Below are positions 56,515-64,000 of a stretch of DNA of 64,000 nucleotides, piece by piece. Under the pieces are notes generated by a model. It made no database searches. It saw only the letters and a program-made list of their open reading frames with translations, and was not told the DNA's origin. Made by a program: the position numbers and the translations under genes. The stretch covers positions 1,184,001 through 1,248,000 of the forward strand of contig CAXXNF010000001.1 in assembly GCA_963666365.2 (NCBI GenBank), written 5' to 3'. The stretch comes from Syntrophales bacterium. Its GTDB lineage: Bacteria > Desulfobacterota > Syntrophia > Syntrophales > UBA2210. Within the stretch, counting starts at the first letter, position 1. Each line of letters starts with the position of its first letter.

Positions 56515-56817
56515 TTATTCTGCTTCTTCTTTCGCGGGCAGGTCGGCATCTTTCAGCTTCGTGAGAAATGCCTCCACATCTGTCTTTTCGTCATCGAAGG
56601 TCACTTCGGCGACTTTTTCATTATGATCGGTGGTCACTTTCACCACACCCTCAATACCCTTCAACAACACCCGCACCTTGGTCGCCAGACCGGCGCTGTC
56701 CGCTGCGGGAACCTTCAATGTGACCGTCCGTCTGGCCGCCCAGACCGTCTCCCCTGCGGCGGCAAAGACGATAAGGCACAGACCGGCTAAAAGCATGGCG
56801 CCTCGTTTCCTGTTCAT
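56515..56817 (-). CDS. Exported HMA-fold (MerP/CopZ-like) protein lacking the CxxC motif
   Basis: Signal peptide (VWA-A); TVTLKVP......V...L..IEGV..V........A.V.FD...T; metal loop reads AADSAGL. Confidence 0.65.
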   Translation of the reverse strand: MNRKRGAMLLAGLCLIVFAAAGETVWAARRTVTLKVPAADSAGLATKVRVLLKGIEGVVKVTTDHNEKVAEVTFDDEKTDVEAFLTKLKDADLPAKEEAE

Positions 56818-56899
56818 TCCGGATTCCTCCCCTTCCATTTCTGGACACATGGGCAATTCTCAATCCTTTACAGGCAGATACAATGGCACCTGCCCCTTA

Positions 56900-58189
56900 T
56901 CATCTGCATCGGCGGCAGAGGCGGTTTCGGCGATAGATCAAGGCATGCCAAAGCTCCGAAGATTCCTCGGCACTTTCAAGCGCCTGATCCACCAGCACCA
57001 TTGCCTTTTCAAAATCACCGGCGCGGTGCTCACACCACTTGGCCATCTCCTGCAGGGCAAAGATATCGGCCGGATCATCGCCGATCATACGCTCCCAGAT
57101 TTCTACCGCCTCTTCCCACCGGCCCCGGCGTTTGTGGAAAAGGGAAAGGGCCTTGTGCGCCTCTTTCCTCAGCAATCCTTTATCGGCCAGTATTTCAAGA
57201 AGTTGCACACCTTCCGCGTGCGCTCCCCGTTCTATAAGGAGTCGGGAGGCCGCAAAAAGATCGTCATGAACGGCGCCGCCGTCGCACCCTGCCGGATCGA
57301 TCAGTTCCGCAAGATGCACCGCGAGCACCGCCATGGAAATCACATCGAAACGATTGTGGAGAAACACATCCTCCAACACCCCGGCGTCCCGCCTTCGAAG
57401 CCAGTCGAAATAGCGCTGAGGTATTTCGTATCCCGGAACGTCTCCCCGGCGGCGAAATCCGAGAATTTCCGCTTCCAGTGTCGCAAGCCGGCTGTTTTCC
57501 AGGCGGTGACCGACCAGACGCCGTGACGGAAATAGGAGATCCAGGTGGGGCATATCGGCAAAGGGATCGCTCCGGCGGTTCAGTATGAAACGGGTCCTGA
57601 GAAGACCGATATCGAAGGCCTTCCCGTTGAAGGTAATGACAAATTTCCGGGTCTTTACGATGTCGTTCAGGAGCGCCAGCGCCGCAGCTTCATCGGAAAA
57701 GTCCCGAAGAAATATCTGCTGCGTGACAAAAGACCCTGCATCCCACCACCCGAGACCGATCAGAAAGGCCGTTGTTCCCGTTCCCCCGGAGAGACCCGTC
57801 GTTTCCGTGTCCAGAAAAAGCCCCTCGACTGCGCTGCACCGGGCAATCCGCTCGTCCCCGGCAAGAAGGGCGGCACGACCCATATCGAGGGCGGCGCCAT
57901 CGCCGACGGGGCGATGACCATGGAAGATCGAAGCCGCTGTTACCGCCGTGGACACAAAGCAGGCACCACAGTCATTCCGCCTTTCCTCACCGTCGATCAC
58001 CCTTTCCAGCGGACGCGAGTCAGGACGGGTTTTCGCCGGTGCAGGCATCTGCTGCGGCCGGCGCGCCATGATCGCGTCTATTCGCCTGCGGAGCGCGCGC
58101 ATCTCTTCTCGCGGACCTACAGCTTCTCTTTCTTTGTGTCTGTGGGCATTTTCGCCGGTAAGACGATTCAGCCTGTCTCGCACGTCCAT
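56900..58189 (-). CDS. mrfB: YprB/MrfB-like RNase H-fold (DEDD) exonuclease with TPR tail
   Basis: FLDTETTGLSGG.GT.AFLIG, TFNGK.FD, H.DLL, L..LE...LG..R..D.PG..IP, HN..D; C-terminal TPR helices. Confidence 0.85.
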   Translation of the reverse strand: MDVRDRLNRLTGENAHRHKEREAVGPREEMRALRRRIDAIMARRPQQMPAPAKTRPDSRPLERVIDGEERRNDCGACFVSTAVTAASIFHGHRPVGDGAALDMGRAALLAGDERIARCSAVEGLFLDTETTGLSGGTGTTAFLIGLGWWDAGSFVTQQIFLRDFSDEAAALALLNDIVKTRKFVITFNGKAFDIGLLRTRFILNRRSDPFADMPHLDLLFPSRRLVGHRLENSRLATLEAEILGFRRRGDVPGYEIPQRYFDWLRRRDAGVLEDVFLHNRFDVISMAVLAVHLAELIDPAGCDGGAVHDDLFAASRLLIERGAHAEGVQLLEILADKGLLRKEAHKALSLFHKRRGRWEEAVEIWERMIGDDPADIFALQEMAKWCEHRAGDFEKAMVLVDQALESAEESSELWHALIYRRNRLCRRCR

Positions 58190-58191
58190 GA

Positions 58192-60558
58192 TCAACTCGC
58201 GACTATCTCCAGGATAGCCAGGGCAACCTCCTTGGCCATCGGTCCCACTTCCAGGGTCGGGCCGACACAGGTGGGACACCCGTGGGTGCAGGGGCAGCTC
58301 TTGATGAGACCTCGCGCCGATTCGACAAGTCGGTCGTGGGACTCGAAAAGCAGCTCCGAAAAACCTATCCCGCCGGGATAGGCATCAAAAATAAACACGG
58401 TGGGATCGAAATCGTCAACCCCCACGGAACCCTCTCCGGGTCGTGGCGCAACACCCGCCGCGAGAGACCGTCGCCCTCCCCCCCTCTGGACAAACCATTC
58501 ACCCGATTTATCGCCGATACATCGGTCGAGATCACGAATGTCGGCCATAAGCAGCATGGCGGCCAAATGGTGGAGTCCGTAGGCGAGACCGTTCATGCCG
58601 TCGATGATATCGGCCTGCGTAAAGGGGAGCCGCGCCAGATCATCACGGGGAACGGTAAACCAGTAGCTGGTGGTGTGCATGTCCTTTTCGGGCAGTGTCA
58701 CCTCACCGTAGCCGACATTTTCGGCGGTATAGAACTTTATCTTTTTGTAGCCCACCACCTTGCGCACCACTTGGACCTCGCCGTGTTCGACGATGACCCG
58801 CCTACGGCGTTCCGCCTGGAAGGCATCGATCACCCGGACATTGGTGTAGGTCATGGCGTCGGTGAAATAATCCACCTCCACCTTTCGCACGTAGGCCTTC
58901 TTCCGTTCCAGATCCAGCATATCCACATGGTACTGCTGCGATTCCACCATATAGATCGCCTCATCGTGCACCGTGGTGTAGGCGCTGTCCCAGTCCACCT
59001 CGGCAATCACCCGGTGGTTGCCCCGATCCGTCGTATCGACTACCACCACATTTTCCGGGTTTATGCTGCGCAGGCTCACTTCGTCGGCGGGATAGCTTTC
59101 GGCGGCCCAGTGCCATCGGTCATCCACCCGATGGAGCACCCCCTTTTCCTCCAGATAGTCCAGCAGTTCCTCGATCGGTTCGGCGCCGAACCTTTCCCCT
59201 CTCTGGAAAGGAAGTTCAAAGGCAGCGCTTTTCAGATGGTGGAGCAGGATGAGCAGATTATCGGGATTGACGCGGCAATGTTCCGGTGATTGCGAAAAGA
59301 AGTAGTCCGGATTTTCCGCCAGGTACTGATCCATGGGATTGCTCCGGGCAATCAGCACGGCGAGACTGTGCCCCATCCGGCGGCCTGCTCTTCCCGCCTG
59401 CTGCCAGGTGCTTGCCACGGACCCCGGATATCCCGCCATGATGCAGGCCTCCAGATCGCCGATGTCGATGCCCAGTTCCAGCGCATTGGTGCTGACCACT
59501 CCCATTACCTCCCGTTCTCTCAGGCCGCGCTCGATCCGGCGCCGCAGATTCGGCAGATAGCCGCCGCGGTAACCCGTCACGAACTGACCGTCTACGGGCC
59601 CTTTCTTGCGAAAAAGATCCTTAAGATACTTGGTGAGAATCTCCACATTGAGACGGCTCGTGGTAAACACAATTGTCTGGATGCCGTTTCCGATAAGTTC
59701 CGAGGCCATTTTCCGCGCCGGCGTGAGTGCAGACTGACGGATGCCCAGTTCCCGGTTCACAATAGGGGGGTTATAGAGTATGAAGGTTCGTCTCCCCCGG
59801 GGCGCACCGCTTTTGTCAATGCACTCCACCGGTCGTTCAAGGAGTCGTTCGGCGTGTTCCCGGGGATTGGCCACGGTAGCGGAACAGCAGATGAAGAGCG
59901 GATCTGCGCCATAGAACCGGCAGATGCGCACAAGTCTCCTCATTACATTAGTGAAATGGCTGCCGAAGACGCCACGGTACACATGGAGCTCGTCGATCAC
60001 GACATAGCGAAGATTTGCAAACAGTTTCTGCCATTTGGTGTGGTGGGGCAAAATACCGGCGTGGAGCATATCGGGATTCGTCACCACTACATGCCCCTGC
60101 TTGCGTATCGCCTGACGGGCATCGTCGGGGGTATCGCCGTCGTAGGTGTAGGTTCTGATATCAACGCCCAGTGCGCCGATCAATCCGTGTATCTCATACA
60201 TCTGGTCCTGGGCCAGCGCCTTGGTCGGAAAGAGGTAGAGGGCCCTCACGGCCGGTTCCTCGAGAATTTTCTGTACTACGGGGATGGTATAGCACAGGGT
60301 TTTTCCGCTTGCCGTAGGGGTCACCAGAACGAGATCGTTCCCTTGACGCACGCACTCAATTGCCTCGCCCTGATGACTGTAAAGCTGATGGACACCTCTC
60401 GCCTCCAGGGCGGACCGGAGACGGGGGTCAACCCACTCAGGATAGGGAACGAAACTCCCTTCGTCGGCGGGAATGTATTTCAAGGCCCTGATGTTTTCCG
60501 AAAAGCGCCGCTCGCCCTCTTTTCGGGCCAGCCACTCATCCATGGTCAGCTTCGCCAT
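58192..60558 (-). CDS. mrfA: YprA/MrfA/Hrq1-like DEAH-box helicase with DUF1998 zinc domain
   Basis: LYSHQ, TPTASGKT, PTKALAQDQ, TNPDMLH, IDELH.YRG.FGS, SAT, STNALELGIDIG, QQAGRAGR, CPC..GCP.C. Confidence 0.9.
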   Translation of the reverse strand: MAKLTMDEWLARKEGERRFSENIRALKYIPADEGSFVPYPEWVDPRLRSALEARGVHQLYSHQGEAIECVRQGNDLVLVTPTASGKTLCYTIPVVQKILEEPAVRALYLFPTKALAQDQMYEIHGLIGALGVDIRTYTYDGDTPDDARQAIRKQGHVVVTNPDMLHAGILPHHTKWQKLFANLRYVVIDELHVYRGVFGSHFTNVMRRLVRICRFYGADPLFICCSATVANPREHAERLLERPVECIDKSGAPRGRRTFILYNPPIVNRELGIRQSALTPARKMASELIGNGIQTIVFTTSRLNVEILTKYLKDLFRKKGPVDGQFVTGYRGGYLPNLRRRIERGLREREVMGVVSTNALELGIDIGDLEACIMAGYPGSVASTWQQAGRAGRRMGHSLAVLIARSNPMDQYLAENPDYFFSQSPEHCRVNPDNLLILLHHLKSAAFELPFQRGERFGAEPIEELLDYLEEKGVLHRVDDRWHWAAESYPADEVSLRSINPENVVVVDTTDRGNHRVIAEVDWDSAYTTVHDEAIYMVESQQYHVDMLDLERKKAYVRKVEVDYFTDAMTYTNVRVIDAFQAERRRRVIVEHGEVQVVRKVVGYKKIKFYTAENVGYGEVTLPEKDMHTTSYWFTVPRDDLARLPFTQADIIDGMNGLAYGLHHLAAMLLMADIRDLDRCIGDKSGEWFVQRGGGRRSLAAGVAPRPGEGSVGVDDFDPTVFIFDAYPGGIGFSELLFESHDRLVESARGLIKSCPCTHGCPTCVGPTLEVGPMAKEVALAILEIVAS

Positions 60559-60626
60559 TTTCTCCTCGCCCGCACAGGGAATGAATTGAAGGGGTACGCC
60601 CGGGTGTTCCTTGTTCTTCAGGGCTG

Positions 60627-60655
60627 AGTATATGAGGGTGGCAGGGGCCTGTCAA
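60627..60655 (-). promoter_or_regulatory. Putative sigma70 promoter of the mrfAB operon
   Basis: Minus strand TTGACA(60655-60650)-17 nt-TATACT(60632-60627). Confidence 0.65.
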
Positions 60656-60700
60656 GCTCTGTTCGCAGCCCCGGGAAGACAGGCGCATACCGAAGGAAAA

Positions 60701-60746
60701 AACAACCCTGCGCAGGGTTGTTATCATTCCACACCCTGCGCAGGGT
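60701..60746. repeat. Two copies of a perfect palindrome (22 bp and 14 bp)
   Basis: AACAACCCTGCGCAGGGTTGTT (60701-60722) and ACCCTGCGCAGGGT (60733-60746). Confidence 0.85.
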
Positions 60747-60853
60747 TTCTCGCACAGATACTATTTTTTCGCATACAGGAGACATACCGGACGGGGATAA
60801 TTTCTTCCTGCCCCGGTGTATGCGTATACCCGGAGTCCTTTCTTGTGACTCCT

Positions 60854-62215
60854 CTACTTCGTGACCCTGCCTTTCAGACCCGGATCGAGGGGCGCCTGGC
60901 AGAACTCGGGTGGAATGACGGTAACGGCGCCGCAATAGGCGGCATCTTCCTGGAACTTATTGGGAAACTCGTATACCGTGGCAAAGAGTTCCTGAATGAT
61001 CTGATGATCGTCGGCGCGCATCTTCATTATTCCGCCCGTAATTACCCTGAATTGGTCACCTTCCCAGGTTTCGATAACCTTATCCGCATCGGTGGTGCCA
61101 GCCCGTTCTATGACACTGTAGAGCCAGTAGTTCGAATTGATTGTCTGCCCGTACACTGTGCCGGGCCATTTGTACTGCACTGTATTGTAGGGATGGGTCC
61201 ACCCTTTCCAGGATTCGTGAAAGAGCTTCACAAAGGCGTTGTTGCTGGGCCTGTCGAGACTTATGGTATAGTCGAACACATTGACGCAGCCCACGCCCGC
61301 CGGACCGCCGATTGCTTTATAGGCGGTTGCGTCAGTCACATAAATGTTTGCAACGGGGAGATTCACCCCAAGCTGGCGAGTTGTCTTCAGCAGGTTTTCC
61401 GCATCTGGTTTCCAGTCGCCCGTAAAGATCACTTCGGCATCGGAGGCGGTGATTTTGGTCACATAGGGAGCGAAATCCTTCAGGAAGAGGGGATGAAACG
61501 ATTCGCCGACAATCGTCGCATCGGGAACATATTTCTTTAATCCGTCCTTGAATTGTTCGGCAAGGTCGTGACCAAAGCTGTAATCCTGGTTCAGGATATA
61601 AAATTTTCGCTCCGGACGCGTTTTAAAATAATATGCCATCGCATGGGCAAACTGTGTCGAAGTAAGGCAGGGGCGGAAGGTATAGCGGTTGAAATTATCC
61701 GCATTCATCGTACTCTCGGACTGGCTGTGGGGATTCACATAGACGGTCTTATACTTTTTGGCCACATTCTGCGTAATAAGGCAGAGATGGCTTCCCGAGT
61801 TTCCCCAGAGGAGATCGACTTTGTCTTCCAGGCAGAGCTTTTCGCTTACTTTTTTGGTCTGGGCTGCCTTGCCCTGATTGTCTCCCTTGACGATTTCGAT
61901 CATCTTCCGCTTGCCGTCGACCATGACCCCGCCACGTGCGTTAAGATCGTAGGCGACAAAAGCATTTGTCATCCAGTAGATCTGGCCGTTCCCCGCCGCA
62001 GGCCCCGAAAATGCATCGATAAGACCGACCTTAATGGTGTCCACGCCACTTGGATTTTCATAGGTGGCAGGATTAAACTTTGTCATATCGGAAATCTTAC
62101 TGACATCCACTCCCGGCACATCCGCATTGGCAGCCATAATGCCGCAACAGAACACTAGCGCAACAGTCAGGCACCATGCCGCCATAACTCTGGAAAAGCG
62201 AACCTCACGCATCAT
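60854..62215 (-). CDS. ABC transporter substrate-binding protein, Leu/Ile/Val-binding (Peripla_BP_6) family
   Basis: Signal peptide; IKVG....SGPAA..G, N..GG....G, Y.FR, QDYSFG, DF.PY..KI....A; no permease or ATPase genes adjacent in the window. Confidence 0.85.
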   Translation of the reverse strand: MMREVRFSRVMAAWCLTVALVFCCGIMAANADVPGVDVSKISDMTKFNPATYENPSGVDTIKVGLIDAFSGPAAGNGQIYWMTNAFVAYDLNARGGVMVDGKRKMIEIVKGDNQGKAAQTKKVSEKLCLEDKVDLLWGNSGSHLCLITQNVAKKYKTVYVNPHSQSESTMNADNFNRYTFRPCLTSTQFAHAMAYYFKTRPERKFYILNQDYSFGHDLAEQFKDGLKKYVPDATIVGESFHPLFLKDFAPYVTKITASDAEVIFTGDWKPDAENLLKTTRQLGVNLPVANIYVTDATAYKAIGGPAGVGCVNVFDYTISLDRPSNNAFVKLFHESWKGWTHPYNTVQYKWPGTVYGQTINSNYWLYSVIERAGTTDADKVIETWEGDQFRVITGGIMKMRADDHQIIQELFATVYEFPNKFQEDAAYCGAVTVIPPEFCQAPLDPGLKGRVTK

Positions 62216-62359
62216 CCTATCCTCCTTTGTCTTTTGTTAGTGTAATGAATTATTAATGATGAAGAATCCCTCATGTACTCCAATAGCGCACTAGAGCATA
62301 AGAACATGGATTAAGGAATATGAGATAATTACCTGCACAATGGGAGCTCAATGCTACCA

Positions 62360-63226
62360 TTACGCCAGTGACAGGAGATAGGATCGCAGATTCACGCCCC
62401 GATTTTGCAGTCCCAGCTTCCGTCGGATATGTTTTCGATGAAATGCAACGGCGTGAGGGCTTACTCCCAGAATAGAAGAAATTTCCTCTGTCGGTTTTCC
62501 CTCCCTCACAAGACCGGCGATCAACAACTGCTTGGGGGTAAGCGCCGCATTGAGATTTTTCATTCTTCGCACAAGGGGGAGTGCAATATTCTTAAGATTC
62601 TGCTCAATGACGTCTAACTGCAAGAGAATGTGTTCATCCCTAAGATTGGCTTTCAGAAACTCGATTGAGGGAACGATTAATTCCCATATATTTGAGATGA
62701 ACTGCTCCTCGGCCTCATTCTTGTCTGCTTCGATTTGCTGCAGGAACGCCTTCAGCGCGGTGTTGGTATCTTCAAGCGTTTCGGTGCGTTTTTGTAACTC
62801 CTGTTCCACCAGTTTCTGCTGCGTGATATCCCGAATGGACTCTACCGCACCCACCACGTTTCCGCGAGTGTCGTAAAATACATTCGCTTTTGCCCAGAGA
62901 TAAAGCTTCTTCTTGGTAAAAAATCTGTCAATTTCGGCAACCAGTACATCCCGGGATTTTTCTATGAAGCGATAATGACAATTTTCCGTCGTCGGAAGGT
63001 TCCGGGACAGCACATAATCGATGAGCATGGGCCTTTTTTTCTCGTAAAAGGGAATCGCGTATTCATAGTCGCCCTTGCCCAGCATATCCTCTGCGCTCAC
63101 ATCGACAAGCGACTCCATGGCTCTGTTCCAGACAATCACGGTTCCCTCGCGGTCTACGGCAAAGACGGGATCATGCATTCCATTGATGATGTTCCTCATG
63201 AGAGGTTCAGCGTCTTTGATGATCAT
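62360..63226 (-). CDS. PAS-domain + LuxR-type HTH transcriptional regulator
   Basis: D..G.V..WN.A.E, GA.ESIRDIT, coiled linker LE..NTAL, LTP....IA.L...G....EI...L.VS...V..HR..IR.KL.L. Confidence 0.88.
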   Translation of the reverse strand: MIIKDAEPLMRNIINGMHDPVFAVDREGTVIVWNRAMESLVDVSAEDMLGKGDYEYAIPFYEKKRPMLIDYVLSRNLPTTENCHYRFIEKSRDVLVAEIDRFFTKKKLYLWAKANVFYDTRGNVVGAVESIRDITQQKLVEQELQKRTETLEDTNTALKAFLQQIEADKNEAEEQFISNIWELIVPSIEFLKANLRDEHILLQLDVIEQNLKNIALPLVRRMKNLNAALTPKQLLIAGLVREGKPTEEISSILGVSPHAVAFHRKHIRRKLGLQNRGVNLRSYLLSLA

Positions 63227-63699
63227 TGATGCCCTTTCAATATTTCCCTGGTGATGCGGAACAAAAAAGGCCCTGGTGCACCGGTACTGCCGACCTCTTA
63301 CTAGTGTTCCGCTGTTGCCCGACAATAGATCATCTTTGATTCACGAGGTATGACTTGGATAGTATGGGATCTGAAATCACTACCTGTCAAGAAATTTTTA
63401 CGGGCCGTCACATCCCCGGGAGTACAATATTCACAAAACTCCTATATGCCCTCAGCTTTTTCCCTGAAAGTCTTTCAGGTTTTTTCACCTATGAATTCAA
63501 ATATCTCCCGATAGTTCTCTTTCGAAGAGAAGTGTACAAGGGCATTGACAGAATGATTACAGGGTAATTGACGCTCCGAGACATTTGCATAATTTCCTTT
63601 TCTGTTATTCCGGCACTGCCCGGGATCCCGGGAGTATCTGAAAAACCGGATACCTCCAGGGAAGGAATCGAAGCGATTTAAAAAGAGGGAGACGCTGCA

Positions 63700-64000
63700 A
63701 TGGAAGAAAAGATTTACCAGCCGGGGGAATGTTATGATTATCAGTTAACGCTGGACAAGCTGCTCATTACGCCGATTATCTACTCGCCGGATCAGGAAAT
63801 CCTGTATCGCGACAAAAGCAGATACACCTATCGAACATTCTATGAGCGGATTCACCGGGAGGCGAGCGGTCTTGAAAAGCTGGGGGTAAAAAAGGGCGAT
63901 ACGGTCTGTGTGTTCGACTATGACAGCCCCCGTTTTCTGGAAACCTATTTTGCCGTCCCCATGATGGGGGCCGTTATGCACATGATGAACTGGCGCTCGT
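63700..64000 (+). CDS. Medium/long-chain fatty-acid-CoA ligase (AlkK-like), 3'-truncated by window
   Basis: Not in the ORF track (no stop). My translation after a GAGGGAG RBS: MEEKIYQPGECYDYQLTLDKLL...PDQEILYRD..RYTY..FYERI...ASGL..LGVKKGDTV...DYDS.RFLE.YFAVPMMGAV.H..N.R. Confidence 0.85.
   Translation, partial: MEEKIYQPGECYDYQLTLDKLLITPIIYSPDQEILYRDKSRYTYRTFYERIHREASGLEKLGVKKGDTVCVFDYDSPRFLETYFAVPMMGAVMHMMNWRS

Noticed and set aside
56515..56817. Selenoprotein (Sec in the HMA loop)
   Set aside because: There is no in-frame TGA in the loop or elsewhere in the ORF.
58192..60558. DUF1998 helicase as an anti-phage system (DISARM DrmAB / Druantia)
   Set aside because: It is a single-chain YprA/Hrq1-type helicase with a YprB exonuclease partner and no methylase or other defence genes, which fits MrfAB repair.
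58282..61540. Long plus-strand ORFs (335, 445 and 309 aa)
   Set aside because: Antisense shadows of the helicase and SBP genes, as expected in GC-rich coding DNA.

Overview
A 64 kb, gene-dense bacterial chromosomal segment. It is inferred from gene content alone to come from an anaerobic Desulfobacterota/Syntrophales-like organism: ptb-buk, three crotonases, acyl-CoA ligases, a PAS-LuxR regulator, TRAP/SLC13 transporters and dockerin-tailed proteins. It carries about 56 CDS (both end genes are truncated by the window), one tRNA-Val(CAC), two solo type II toxin-antitoxin pairs (phd/vapC, mazE/mazF-like), two class III adenylate cyclases, amino-sugar and peptidoglycan-turnover genes, mrfAB-like DNA repair genes and several REP-like palindromic repeats. 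I see no rRNA, integrase, transposase or CRISPR array. The best candidate for an undescribed system is the co-oriented block at 20.9-29.4 kb. It pairs an orphan MinD-like ATPase (RGGTGKS Walker A, no minC/minE) with a membrane receptor made of an ECF S-component, a HAMP domain and a short non-enzymatic tail. These are followed by a Zn-dehydrogenase, an 861-aa protein with a divergent S-adenosylhomocysteine-hydrolase fold, and a TRAP transporter. Other leads are a Tat-signal AmmeMemoRadiSam enzyme coupled to a membrane spermidine-synthase-like protein, a 36-aa-repeat coiled-coil gene overlapping a GAF-GAF-PAS cyclase, dockerin-like tails on unrelated proteins, a yvcK-glmM-nagB operon, a degenerate Ptb, a permuted acyl-CoA synthetase-GNAT fusion and a RuvC-like gene downstream of mrfAB. 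All family calls come from motif recognition by eye. No database searches were run, and start codons were adjusted by hand using RBS and motif position.
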